Assembly (NCBI GenBank): GCA_963793865.1
Contig: CAWCBP010000002.1
Coordinates: 1-64,000 of the forward strand
From: an uncultured delta proteobacterium
Lineage (GTDB): Bacteria > Desulfobacterota > WTBG01
DNA length: 64,000 nt
Direction: 5' to 3'
Shown: piece after piece, positions 29,901 through 39,534 of the stretch
Numbering within the stretch: position 1 is the first letter of the stretch
Layout: each line of letters starts with the position of its first letter
Position numbers and translations under genes: made by a program
Notes under the pieces: model-generated
Databases searched by the model: none
What the model saw: the letters and a program-made list of their open reading frames with translations, nothing else
Told to the model about the DNA's origin: nothing

Positions 29901-30188
29901 TTCCCGGATAGAAAGTTCTGCCATGTGTTTCCCAACCAGCTCATGTGCCTCATATCCCAGTGACTTGAGCAGCGATTTGTTTATTCTCCTGATGTATCCT
30001 TGTCTGTCGACGGCAACAATGCCGTCCAATGAGCTTTCAATGATATTATGCAATAAATCTTTTGCCTCTCCAAACGAGTCATCGGGTACATTCATATTTT
30101 TGCTCTCCGGGTTCCTGGTTACCACCCGGTTGCGGGCAGCAAGGATTTTGTGCAGGATGGTATCGCTTCTTGTATCAGTGGGCTTCAT
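26916..30188 (-). CDS. Hybrid sensor histidine kinase: 5 PAS/PAC + HisKA + HATPase + REC
   Basis: Five PAS repeats, VAHDFNN H-box, N/G1/F/G2 boxes, C-terminal TDLGMP receiver. Confidence 0.95.
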   Translation of the reverse strand: MKPTDTRSDTILHKILAARNRVVTRNPESKNMNVPDDSFGEAKDLLHNIIESSLDGIVAVDRQGYIRRINKSLLKSLGYEAHELVGKHMAELSIREAGTYDLTTGDSIDITGEYFNDQAASIARMVEGDEIRNRTCYFTRKDGKIIPCEQNISSLYDDGGNVIGAVGIVRNITERRNAAKSVAEMREFLDNIFKTASDGIIVTDPTGCIIMLNDAVETITGYRREELIGTHAKALRAEGSEHEEKNRQFFERLFRDGSASGLDVPWIRKDGTMIIVERSVALLKDKQGNITGSVATIRDITERSKAQKELQEAKEHLDNLIENSLDCIMVSDKTGYITRVNRYFLDLFGFGKEEMIGRHVMECTPMVDEGTYECTTGEVLSLGTAYTQDAQQRIADLIEKGTVTNWETFYFCKDRKVVPVEQNIVCLYDKEGERSGAVAVIRDITQRRKAEKDLRETKEFLEKVIESTRDGILIVDEKGYILSANTAMEKMSGFAKEEILGEHASSLIVDDKETKQIILEKTAELFEKGSATYEAQYKTNNETCLDVECTASMIRDEQGEYVAGVAVLRDISERKKTQREIQESKEFLEKIIQGSKDGIVICDTQGCIISVNDAMSEMLGLEKSAIAGRHTAELHGDDTAERKKVREKIGELLEKGFASYETRYVRRDGTTVEVECYNSMIYNNAECIGGIAIVRDITARNKMQQQMAQSEKLRSLGEMAGGVAHDFNNVLAAILGRVQLLKMQFKPPDGDDEKRKATPDTKKYLEIIERAALDGAEIVRRIQEFSRKRVDDTHFAPVDVNNLLDNALEFTGARWRNEAETKGINIEVQKDYAPIPCTFGSASELREVFTNLINNALDAMPDGGTISIKTMREGARIILTIADTGVGIPEAIRDRIFDPFFTTKGVRSTGLGMSISYSIIDRHKGTITVESEEGMGTVFTIQLPVHEQAMKEERAVLPCEASGRKARILIIEDEEEVRRLLLDIVTGQGHEAEAASNGNEGLELMRNGDFDLVCTDLGMPGMSGWQVAEEIKRMGKNVPVAVISGWSINLNEPGMREKGVHFIIQKPFQIHQILKLVQEGLEMKCRLEAA

Positions 30189-30370
30189 TGGTATTTTTCC
30201 TCATAGAGGTGAGCTCCGGTCATACCTTTTACCTGTTTTAAATCGGCCATTAGATTGAAAAACCTTAACTATTTAATAAATCCGGCCATGTTTGACCATC
30301 ACCTTCCTTCCCCATCGAGCTCCTTATCGTTAACCCTTTACCCCGCCGGCCTGGTATGATATAAGACACC

Positions 30371-30859
30371 ATGGCTAAAATTCGCACCGTACCCTTTGCA
30401 TACAAACTGCTTATAATCATACTCGCCCTTGCCGGTATTGTATTCGCATACTATTTCCTGCCCCGCTATGCTTCAGTTGAAACGGTGCTCAATGGAGACA
30501 CGCTCCTGCTTGAGAACGGCAGTCTGATAAAGCTCATCGGCGTTTACACGCCTGAATGCAATGATCCGGACGAACGGGTGCGACGCGGCGGCACGGCAGC
30601 CGCCGATTTCACGCAAAACATGGTGGAAGGAAAAAAAATCAGGATTGAATACCATCATCGGCACAATAATGCGGACGGGAAGGCGCGGGCTTCTGTATAT
30701 CTTATGGACGGAACCTACCTCAATGCGGAGATCATCAGGCAGGGCTATGGCCATGCTGATTCAGAATGCGCATCCGGGGATGCAAAAGCGTTTCAGGAGC
30801 ATGAGCGCCGGGCGCGGGAACAGAAGCGGGGGCTCTGGGCTGAAATGCCGGGATTTTAA
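30371..30859 (+). CDS. Thermonuclease (SNase-like) family protein, membrane-anchored
   Basis: NGDT, LIGVYTPE, LNAEIIRQGYG and ARE.KRGLW. Several catalytic residues look substituted. Confidence 0.8.
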   Translation: MAKIRTVPFAYKLLIIILALAGIVFAYYFLPRYASVETVLNGDTLLLENGSLIKLIGVYTPECNDPDERVRRGGTAAADFTQNMVEGKKIRIEYHHRHNNADGKARASVYLMDGTYLNAEIIRQGYGHADSECASGDAKAFQEHERRAREQKRGLWAEMPGF

Positions 30860-30938
30860 AAGACGGAAATAAGGTCTTAGGGTGGCTATTTGAGGAGGAA
30901 GAAGGGCGGGAGCTGTCTTGACCCCCGCCCTTGAGCAT

Positions 30939-31451
30939 TCAGCCAAAGTGACTTAAGTCGGTGACGCCTGCATGGCTTGCAGAATATACAGCGTCGGCAG
31001 CAGACGGCAATTGCATTAAAAACTTATGATACGGTTTCCCCTTGTATTTGGCCATGGTGGGTATCTTCTTGAAACCGCACCTGGAGTAAAAAACATCTGC
31101 ACTGTACTGGCAGTACGTATCCACAAGCAGCTTGTCGAATCCATGGTCTTGTGTGATCTTTTTTGCATGCTCGATCAGCTCTGAGCCAATGCCTTTTTTT
31201 TGATATGCCTCAGAGACAGAAATGGTTTCAAGATACATGCCTTCATCTCGTGGTGAGATGCAAGCAGCCGCGACAACCGTGCCCCTGTCTTTCACAACGA
31301 AATAATTCCCCTCATCAACTTCCCCCTCTACAAAATCATGCGTATTCCCCTTAAATTCAGGCGCCTCTACTTTCAGGAGCTGATTCAGAGCAAGAATCGC
31401 TTCAATATCCTGTTCGGATGCCCTCACTATTTCCATGGAGTGATGTAACAT
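30939..31451 (-). CDS. GNAT acetyltransferase
   Basis: V..AYQKKGIGSEL and FYSRCGF motifs. Confidence 0.85.
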   Translation of the reverse strand: MLHHSMEIVRASEQDIEAILALNQLLKVEAPEFKGNTHDFVEGEVDEGNYFVVKDRGTVVAAACISPRDEGMYLETISVSEAYQKKGIGSELIEHAKKITQDHGFDKLLVDTYCQYSADVFYSRCGFKKIPTMAKYKGKPYHKFLMQLPSAADAVYSASHAGVTDLSHFG

Positions 31452-31712
31452 AGTCTTCCCCCTTTATGCTTTTTCTTTGCCGGGAAGGTTTTATAAAGAA
31501 GCGTTTCCTTTTCATCACGGAACATGAATCAAAACATCCACAACCCTGAATAATTTTAGAATTAAGCCCCGGTTAAAGCAATGGGTACAATGCAGTATTT
31601 TGATAGAGGAAAGAGAGTATTTTTTTGCAATTATTTTCTTTGCATAAAGGCATCTTTTAGGCTATAGAGACAGCGGTATTACAACTGATATGACCATGAT
31701 TAATAAATACTT

Positions 31713-32342
31713 ATGCTCAAGTTCCTTTTGCCCAAACAGCCGGAGTTTTTTAAGTATTTCAGGCAGCTCAATGATTGTCTGAAGGAAATGACCGCGCTGT
31801 CGTCGGAGTTTGTTGTTTCTTTTAAGGATGTTGAGAATTTTTATGCCAGATCCGAAGAAATTGAACATCGCGCGGATACGCTTACCCATACTATCATTGA
31901 AACACTTAATAAAACCTTTGTGACTCCTTTCGACAGAGAGGATATGTATGCCCTGGCTCATACCATGGATGACGTGATTGACTTGTTGGAAAAAAACATC
32001 AAAACAATTTATGTTTACCAGGTTACGGAGAAGAAGGCCTACGTTGACGAATTCATTTCTTTGGCCGCTCAGGCTTCGGCAGCCTTAGACAGCCTGGTCA
32101 GAGAGTGTTTCAAACAGCAAAAACGCACATCCATCGTCAACGAATTAATTGTTAAAATTCACGAATTGGAAGACGAGGGTGATATTCTTCACGAAAAATC
32201 CATTCGGAAATTATTTAATGAAGAAAAAGATTCGTCCATGCTGATTAAATGGAAGGATATTTATGAAAATTTAGAGGGAATCATGGATAAGTTCCAAAGG
32301 GTGAGCGATGCCTTCGGCAGCATAATCGTAAAGTCAAATTAA
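31713..32342 (+). CDS. DUF47/PhoU-like phosphate transport regulator
   Basis: IEHRAD, TFVTPFDRED and LEDEGD motifs; upstream of pit. Confidence 0.9.
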   Translation: MLKFLLPKQPEFFKYFRQLNDCLKEMTALSSEFVVSFKDVENFYARSEEIEHRADTLTHTIIETLNKTFVTPFDREDMYALAHTMDDVIDLLEKNIKTIYVYQVTEKKAYVDEFISLAAQASAALDSLVRECFKQQKRTSIVNELIVKIHELEDEGDILHEKSIRKLFNEEKDSSMLIKWKDIYENLEGIMDKFQRVSDAFGSIIVKSN

Positions 32343-32345
32343 GGT

Positions 32346-33341
32346 ATGAGCGTAACATTATTGTTTGTGGTTATTGTCGTTTTAACGGCTCTCGTTTTTG
32401 ATTTTACTAACGGCATGCACGATTCGGCCAATTCAATAGCCACGGTCGTTTCCACTCAGGTGTTGAGTCCCCGCCAAGCTGTCCTCTGGGCAGCTTTTTT
32501 TAATTTTATTGCCTTCCTGGTTTTCGGCACGGCGGTGGCCGAAACCGTCGGCAAGGGGCTGATAGATGTCAGGCTGGTTACGCCGACTATTATTTTAGCC
32601 GGTTTAATCGGGACGATCGCCTGGAATATCATTACCTGGTATCTGGGTTTGCCTACCAGTTCCTCACATGCCTTGATCGGCGGTTATGCCGGAGCGGCGG
32701 TTGCCAGCGCCGGTTTCAAGGCAATTATTCCAGGCGGCTGGTATAAAACTTTGTTATTTATTGTGCTGGCGCCGGCTATCGGGTTGTTTTTAGGCTGGGT
32801 ATTTAAAATTATCACCACCTGGCTTATTTATAAAAGATCGCTGGTTTCCATAAATATCTGGTCGCGGCGTTTACAACTTGTGTCGGCGGCATTATATAGT
32901 CTGGGGCATGGCGGTAACGATGCGCAAAAAACCATGGGCATAATTACCAGCCTTTTATTTTCGGCCGGATATTTAAAAACATTTCACATACCATTCTGGG
33001 TGGTTTTAAGTGCCAATGGCGCCATTGCTTTAGGTACGCTGACCGGAGGTTGGCGGATCGTTAAGACGATGGGCCAAAAAATTACCAAACTGAAACCGAT
33101 TGACGGTTTTTGCGCTGAAACTGCCAGCGCCGCAAGTATTTTCACGGCCACTCATTTAGGCGTGCCCGTGAGTACCACCCACGTGATTACCGGGGCTATT
33201 TCCGGCGTGGGATCGGTCAACCGACTTTCGGCAGTTCGCTGGGGAGTAACTATCAGCATTGTTTGGGCCTGGATTCTGACTATCCCGGCGGCTGCAACTC
33301 TTGCCGCTTTAACTTTTCTCATATTTAAATTGTTTTTGTGA
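32346..33341 (+). CDS. pit: PiT-family inorganic phosphate transporter
   Basis: GMHDSANS, GLPTSSSH, HGGNDAQK and PVSTTH motifs. Confidence 0.95.
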   Translation: MSVTLLFVVIVVLTALVFDFTNGMHDSANSIATVVSTQVLSPRQAVLWAAFFNFIAFLVFGTAVAETVGKGLIDVRLVTPTIILAGLIGTIAWNIITWYLGLPTSSSHALIGGYAGAAVASAGFKAIIPGGWYKTLLFIVLAPAIGLFLGWVFKIITTWLIYKRSLVSINIWSRRLQLVSAALYSLGHGGNDAQKTMGIITSLLFSAGYLKTFHIPFWVVLSANGAIALGTLTGGWRIVKTMGQKITKLKPIDGFCAETASAASIFTATHLGVPVSTTHVITGAISGVGSVNRLSAVRWGVTISIVWAWILTIPAAATLAALTFLIFKLFL

Positions 33342-33503
33342 AATCGATCCCGTACCATAGCCTGCCGGCTGATAAAATCAGAAAAAATACGAGCACTGCC
33401 GTTTCCATACCGAATCCAGCCACAACAGCAAAATTGGCCGTCCTCTGGACGGCCAATACATGTGGTGTGTTCGGGACGATGCGAGCGCCCGATCTGCGGA
33501 TGC

Positions 33504-34805
33504 TTATGTATTTATGAGCTGCCCCGCAAAGTAGGAGTCATAGGCTCCCAGATCAAGCATTCCATGACCGCTCAGGTTAAACAGAATCACCCGCTTTTTT
33601 CCTTCCTCTTTAGCCTTCAGGGCCTCATCAATGGCAGCCTTTATTGCGTGGGCGGCTTCAGGCGCAGGGACAATACCTTCTGCACGGGCAAAGGTTATGG
33701 CTGCGTCAAATATCTCAAGCTGGCCGTACGCTGCTGCTTCAATCAGCTTCATGTCGAAGAGTTGGCTCACCAGCGGTGACATGCCGTGATAGCGAAGCCC
33801 GCCGGCATGAATGCCCGGCGGTATGAAAGACGACCCCAGGGTGTACATCTTCAACAGAGGAGTCTGCTGAGCCGTGTCGCCGAAGTCATAGCGGTACTCC
33901 CCTGAGGTAAGGGAGGCGCATGCCCTCGGCTCAACGGCAAGGGCACGCACCTTTTTCCCGGCAAACTTATCTGCCAGGAAAGGGAAAGCAAGCCCCGCAA
34001 AGTTACTGCCGCCGCCCACACAGCCGATCACCACGTCCGGATATTCGCCGGTCATCTCCATCTGTTTTTTTGTTTCAAGTCCGATAATGGTCTGATGATG
34101 CACGACGTGGTTTACCACACTGCCAATGGCATATTTCACTCCCGCGTGGGTTACTGCATCCTCAATTGCCTCGCCGATGGCTATGCCGAGGCTTCCGGGG
34201 GTATCCGGGTTCTCTGCCAGAAGCTTTCTGCCAAATTGGGTCTGATCGCTGGGGCTTGGATAGATGGAGGCTCCAAATGTCTGCATCAGGGATTTGCGGT
34301 ACGGCTTCTGGTAATAGCTCACCTTGACCATGTACACCGTGCACTCCAGATTAAAAAAGCTGCAGGCCATGGCCAGGGCACAGCCCCACTGGCCGGCTCC
34401 GGTCTCAGTGGCAAGCCGCTTGATGCCTTCCTTTTTATTGTAGTATGCCTGGGCCACTGAAGTGTTTGACTTGTGGCTCGCTACCGGACTGGTTCCTTCA
34501 TGTTTATAGAAAATTTTTGCCGGGGTATTAAGCGCCTGCTCCAGCCGTATTGCCCGGTATAATGGCGTGGGGCGCCACAAAGAAAGCACATCCAACACTT
34601 CCCCGGGGATTGGTATCCACCTGGCACCGCTCATCTCCTGCTCCACGATTGCCTTTGGGAAGATCGGCTCGAGGGCCTCAGGTCCGCATGGCTGCATGGT
34701 GGCAGGATACAGGGGCGGTGCCGGCGGGACGCCCATGTCTGCTATGATGTTATACCACTGCGTGGGAATATCTTTCTGTGCAAGTAGAAACTGTCTCTGT
34801 TCCAT
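33504..34805 (-). CDS. trpB2: TrpB2-type tryptophan synthase beta-like PLP enzyme
   Basis: [26 protein letters not shown] and HAGGLRYHG motifs; stand-alone, no trpA nearby. Confidence 0.92.
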   Translation of the reverse strand: MEQRQFLLAQKDIPTQWYNIIADMGVPPAPPLYPATMQPCGPEALEPIFPKAIVEQEMSGARWIPIPGEVLDVLSLWRPTPLYRAIRLEQALNTPAKIFYKHEGTSPVASHKSNTSVAQAYYNKKEGIKRLATETGAGQWGCALAMACSFFNLECTVYMVKVSYYQKPYRKSLMQTFGASIYPSPSDQTQFGRKLLAENPDTPGSLGIAIGEAIEDAVTHAGVKYAIGSVVNHVVHHQTIIGLETKKQMEMTGEYPDVVIGCVGGGSNFAGLAFPFLADKFAGKKVRALAVEPRACASLTSGEYRYDFGDTAQQTPLLKMYTLGSSFIPPGIHAGGLRYHGMSPLVSQLFDMKLIEAAAYGQLEIFDAAITFARAEGIVPAPEAAHAIKAAIDEALKAKEEGKKRVILFNLSGHGMLDLGAYDSYFAGQLINT

Positions 34806-34909
34806 GTATGTCTTCCTGCTTCATGTGTGCCGTCCGGCTATTGGCCGCTCCGGCAATAAAGTGAGCCTTATGACAGACAATACCATCATTTCATAAAATA
34901 ACCGGCTAA

Positions 34910-35716
34910 TCAGCCGATTGATGCATCATGTTTCCTTTTTATCCTCTCCGCCCGAATGATATACAGGAGAATGGCAATGAAGGCTACAGTCACGATACTT
35001 AAGAACAACGGGTTCAAGCTTATCCAGGGTTCGGCGGTAATCTTCCATTTAACCAGCAGTTCCACACAACTCCACAATACGATTACGGTGGGCATGGCAT
35101 AACGAAAAGCGTAACCCATCTCTTTCGCTTTGGTCAATCGATAAAAGAGATAACTGCCACCCAACAGACAGATGACAAAAACTGTTTTGCAATACAGACT
35201 CTGCGGACCCAAAAAGTCTTCATCATAACCGAAATACAGGATCATATGACCAATCCAGATCATGAGGAACATCTTTATGGCAACCCGTGGTCCCCAGTGG
35301 TCAATTGGTATCTCAGGCAGCTTCCCTCGCGCAATACGCAAACCTTTTCTCAATGAAATAAAAAGGTTGCACCTCAAATTCTCGTTAAAAATAAAATAGA
35401 TGAAAAGAGGAATGAGTATGACCAGTGTAAATTCCATCGCCTTCCGCTCGGTAATAGCAAGGGCTTCAGCTCCTTCATGGACACCAATCTCCACCAGGCT
35501 TGCCCACAGCAGAACACCGGCAAGCATACCTATAAAGGTTTCCCATGCAGGTGCCTTTATCCATTTGGTTAGACAGATGATAACCACCGTGGCAATCAAG
35601 CCGGCCCCTGCAATCAGCATATGCAGTTCTTGGGGAAGTTTTAGGGCAAGAACAGTTACCGCATGTCCCAATGGCATGACAAAAAGCACGGTTATAAAAG
35701 CTATTACTCCTTTCAT
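34910..35716 (-). CDS. Multi-pass hypothetical membrane protein
   Basis: About eight TM helices; MPLGHA motif; downstream of marR. Confidence 0.75.
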   Translation of the reverse strand: MKGVIAFITVLFVMPLGHAVTVLALKLPQELHMLIAGAGLIATVVIICLTKWIKAPAWETFIGMLAGVLLWASLVEIGVHEGAEALAITERKAMEFTLVILIPLFIYFIFNENLRCNLFISLRKGLRIARGKLPEIPIDHWGPRVAIKMFLMIWIGHMILYFGYDEDFLGPQSLYCKTVFVICLLGGSYLFYRLTKAKEMGYAFRYAMPTVIVLWSCVELLVKWKITAEPWISLNPLFLSIVTVAFIAILLYIIRAERIKRKHDASIG

Positions 35717-35824
35717 AGTAAAGCTCCTTCTAGCGCCTTAGTTGTCCAATGGTAATGGAAAAGTAATACCATTATTGGAGATTGGGTTTTGACTCAATCA
35801 CTGCCTCAATGCTCATGTTCCTGA

Positions 35825-36277
35825 TCACGTATTGCGCTTTTTGAAAGTCTTTTCTAAAATTCTACAGGCACCGCGCAAGCAGTTGAGCAGATCCTCCTTA
35901 TCGCTATGATTTAAACTGGAGAAAATGGACTGTGCTGTTTTTCGTCTTTGGGTCAGGAATTTAGCTTTTATTTTTTTACCTCGATCGGTGAGGCAAACCA
36001 TTACTTTTCTTCTGTCTGATTCATCCCGGTCTCTTTCAGCAATTCCATCTTTGATAAGACCGTTAATCATCATGGTCATGGTGGGTAAGTTTACCCCCAT
36101 ATTATGAGCGAGCTCCTTCATGGAAAAGCAATTCTTATCCTTGAAAGCGGTAATAGCTCTCACCTGGGAGAGTCGCAGATCAGACTTTATGCTTTTCCCA
36201 TCATCGACAACATGTTGCATAAAGAGACGACTGAAATTTCGCAGGGCGGTAAAGTATAGATCCAGTTTATCTTCCAT
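35825..36277 (-). CDS. MarR-family regulator
   Basis: wHTH with DRR.VMV.LT.RG. Confidence 0.9.
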   Translation of the reverse strand: MEDKLDLYFTALRNFSRLFMQHVVDDGKSIKSDLRLSQVRAITAFKDKNCFSMKELAHNMGVNLPTMTMMINGLIKDGIAERDRDESDRRKVMVCLTDRGKKIKAKFLTQRRKTAQSIFSSLNHSDKEDLLNCLRGACRILEKTFKKRNT

Positions 36278-36306
36278 GCTTACATAATATTATTCAATTA
36301 TTAATG

Positions 36307-36351
36307 GTTCAATATTGAACTAATTATATCCACATTAAAATTATTTGTCAA
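36307..36351 (-). promoter_or_regulatory. Consensus promoter plus palindromic operator of marR
   Basis: TTGACA (36346-36351)-N17-TATAAT (36323-36328). Perfect palindrome GTTCAATATTGAAC at 36307-36320. Confidence 0.8.
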
Positions 36352-36492
36352 AGAGTTTTATGTTAAGCGATGATCAGGCGTCATACATTGATTATGGAGC
36401 CTTGCATATCTCCAGCTGGTGAATAACCGGGGTGAGAAGTTGATGGAATCCGGTAAATTCTCCGATCAGCAGTACCTGCCATGATCAGCAAA

Positions 36493-37233
36493 TCACTCGA
36501 TCAGCTTTTCAATCATTGGCAAAACAGTATTAATCATTGCCTCAAATTCTTTTTTGAACGACTCATCATTATCCAATGCTTTCACTATCGAGGGACTCCA
36601 CTGATAATAGAGTTTTATTAGTTCACGACCTTCCGAAGTGGTGCTTAAGATGATATCCCGGTAGTTTCTGAGAAGCTTGGCTTCGAACGAATGATTACCG
36701 TAGACAGTTACTACAGGACAATTAGCATTACCTTCACACACATCTCCTATTCCATCCCCATCTGCATCGTTCTGATCGGGATTTCGTTGACCGGGGCAAT
36801 TATCCAGGTCATCATTGATGTCGTCATGATCGGAATCAACACATCCCACGGTCACCCACTCCCAGGCTGGCATCCCGCCTAGCATATCATTGACGTGAAG
36901 AAAACCCTGGGAATCAAGAAAGTTTGCCGCTGAATTACTGCGGGCGCCGGTATGGCAGACAATAAGAATTTCTGAATCAGAAGGCAGTTCTGTGTAGCGT
37001 GCCTCCAGCACACCGGACAACCACGGATAATTGACTGCCCCGGGAATATGACCTGTTGAACTGCAATATTCACTCGTCTCCCTGACATCGATTACTACCA
37101 GCTCGCCATTGGTATCGATCATCTGCTTTGCCTGCTCAACTGTTACATCGATATGCCCCCAGGCAAGAGCAGTAAGCCTCCCAAAAACCAAGAAAAATAT
37201 GAAAAACATGTGTGCTACGCTGTTCTTGTTCAT
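36493..37233 (-). CDS. Secreted rhodanese-domain protein with TSP3-like Ca-binding repeats and a CFI-box-CTERM-like tail
   Basis: IDVRE, GHIPGA, CHTGARS; DNCP..NPDQ.D.DGDGIGDVC; C-terminal LR.YRD..L...GR.LI.LYY.WSP. Confidence 0.8.
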   Translation of the reverse strand: MNKNSVAHMFFIFFLVFGRLTALAWGHIDVTVEQAKQMIDTNGELVVIDVRETSEYCSSTGHIPGAVNYPWLSGVLEARYTELPSDSEILIVCHTGARSNSAANFLDSQGFLHVNDMLGGMPAWEWVTVGCVDSDHDDINDDLDNCPGQRNPDQNDADGDGIGDVCEGNANCPVVTVYGNHSFEAKLLRNYRDIILSTTSEGRELIKLYYQWSPSIVKALDNDESFKKEFEAMINTVLPMIEKLIE

Positions 37234-37365
37234 TTTGTCTCCCTCTTAAAGCCAATGCTCCTCTTATTTCAATGATAATTACCGTTCTTCCGCAACCCCT
37301 TGGATCTGAACTGTGCATATTCTTGTCAATAAGCCAAAATGAAAATGTTTCGGGGCTGGCTGTAT

Positions 37366-38137
37366 TTATTTTTCTATCCTGCTCATTACAGTAAGTTCGA
37401 GTATTGGTTTCTTCTGATTATTCGTCTCCAGTATTATTTTCCCTCTAAAAACATCCTTGAGACCTGAGCGGGTTTTAATTTCCAAACCAAATTCCTTCCC
37501 CTCCTTTATTGTCTTCAGCTTATATTCTATTTTGCTATCAATGTCGGAAGATAGTTTCGTGATAGCAATCGCCTGATCTTCATGAGAAGTTATGGTTACG
37601 TTCTGAGTAATGTTGTCGTTATAGTAACCTTGGAGAAGTACCCGGTCACTGGGTTCAAAATCAAAATATTGTTTGATAGAAACAATGGTGGAAACTTTGA
37701 TTATGGGGTTTTGGGGATCATTTGAAAAGATAGTCGCAATCTGCTTCAATCTGCCCTTTTTTATTCTTTGTGTCGACCTTTAAAGTTATTCTACCCTCCT
37801 GACCAGGAGGAATGGCCTTATCAAAATCGGCTACTGTACAGCCTCACCCGGGCTTGACATCAGTAATGTCAAGCTGGGCCGTTCCTGTATTTTTAACAAT
37901 AAAGCCATGTGCGATAACATCTCCTTCGTAAACCTCTCCTGCATCGTATTGAGCAGATTCAAAACGTATTTGAGGGTACTTTTGTGCAGAAGCTTTTTCC
38001 TGATTGCCTTTAATGGTTTGTTCGTCTGAAATGGTCTCTTTCGACGTTTCCTTGGCTAACGAATAATGTAATGAAGATGATGCAGATAGAAAGCAGAACA
38101 AAACAATACATCGGAAGTAAATTTTGACGGACAGCAT
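37366..38137 (-). CDS. DUF1573-domain exported protein, probable selenoprotein (UGA at 37844-37846), with a frameshift near 37760
   Basis: Reads VKNTGTAQLDITDVKPG-UGA-GCTVADFDKAIPPGQEGRITLKVDT, then continues as KQIATIFSNDP in ORF 37366-37749. Confidence 0.7.
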
Positions 38138-38581
38138 TTGAAGACCTCCTGATATGGAAAGAAAACTATTTTAAACCACCAGCCCCCAAAACAACAAGAA
38201 CCCACGAAATGCACATCAGCATATTACCTTTTCTTCCCGGAGCTATTTTCCATCGCACACCTGCTTCGAATTAATGAATCAACTATCATAAAACAATGGA
38301 ATACACCACTATTATTGATATAAAATTTATCAAGATAATATTTAATAATTAATATTAATCACGATATAAAATATAAGCAATAGACGAATATAAAACTTGA
38401 CAATACCAATAAAATATCTTTATAAATAAGGCGTGTAAATGCAAATCATAAGGTTGGAACCTAATAGGCTTATCAATCTGAAGGTGCTGTGATGCTTAAG
38501 TGCACTTACATTTTCTGTTATTTTTTGCTATAATACAAGAAAGTGCATTAAATTTATAACCTTTTTTTAAAGCGAAATGTT

Positions 38582-39490
38582 ATGAGTATCCTCTCAGCAA
38601 TTGGCAACACCCCTCTGGTCGACATAACCAATCTCAACGGGCATTCCGGAGTGCGTATTCTGGCAAAACTGGAGGGAAATAATCCCGGCGGCTCGGTTAA
38701 AGATCGCCCCGCCTATTATATGATCAAGAAGGCGGAGGAATCAGGTGCGCTCACCAGGGATAAAACCATACTCGAGCCGACCTCGGGAAATACGGGTATC
38801 GCCATTGCCATGATCGGAGCCGCAAAAGGGTACCGGGTAAAGCTGGTCATGCCCTCCTGTGCGAGCCACGAAAGACAATATACGCTTAAGGCTTTGGGTG
38901 CTGAAGTTGTGCTTACCCCGGGGAAGGAAGGAACTGATGGCGCCATTCGCAAGGCGCACCAGCTGCTTGAAGAATCTCCTGAACTCTATTACATGCCGAA
39001 TCAGTTTGAGAATGAATATAATACGATTTCCCACTATGAAACCACCGGGCCGGAGATTTTTACTCAAACAAAAGGTGAAATCGATGTGCTGGTAGCCGGG
39101 CTGGGGACAACCGGTACCATCATGGGAACCGGACGGTATTTAAAAGAACAGAAGCCCTCGGTTAAAATTGTTGCCGTCGAGCCAACGGTAGGGCATACCA
39201 TCCAGGGGTTAAAGAACATGCAGGAGGCCATTGTCCCCCGGATTTATCATCCCGAAGCATTGGATGAAAAATTCATCATTGAGGACGAGGAGGCATTTGA
39301 AACCGCCCGGAAGCTTTCCACCCTTGAGGGGCTTTTCTCCGGCATGTCCAGCGGGGCGGCCATGGCTGGTGCTTTGAGGGTTGCACGGGATATGAAGTCA
39401 GGCACTATTGTAGTGATTCTTCCCGATCGAGGTGACCGCTATTTAAGCACTACCCTTTTCCTGCCCATTTGTGGTCAATGCCCACCCTAG
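38582..39490 (+). CDS. cysM: Cysteine synthase (CysM/CysK family PLP enzyme)
   Basis: IGNTPLV, NPGGSVKDR, PTSGNTG, GTTGT and PDRGDRYLS motifs. Confidence 0.9.
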   Translation: MSILSAIGNTPLVDITNLNGHSGVRILAKLEGNNPGGSVKDRPAYYMIKKAEESGALTRDKTILEPTSGNTGIAIAMIGAAKGYRVKLVMPSCASHERQYTLKALGAEVVLTPGKEGTDGAIRKAHQLLEESPELYYMPNQFENEYNTISHYETTGPEIFTQTKGEIDVLVAGLGTTGTIMGTGRYLKEQKPSVKIVAVEPTVGHTIQGLKNMQEAIVPRIYHPEALDEKFIIEDEEAFETARKLSTLEGLFSGMSSGAAMAGALRVARDMKSGTIVVILPDRGDRYLSTTLFLPICGQCPP

Positions 39491-39534
39491 TCTTGCAACT
39501 ATGTTGTCTGCATACATTGAAGGAGGTACAGAAT

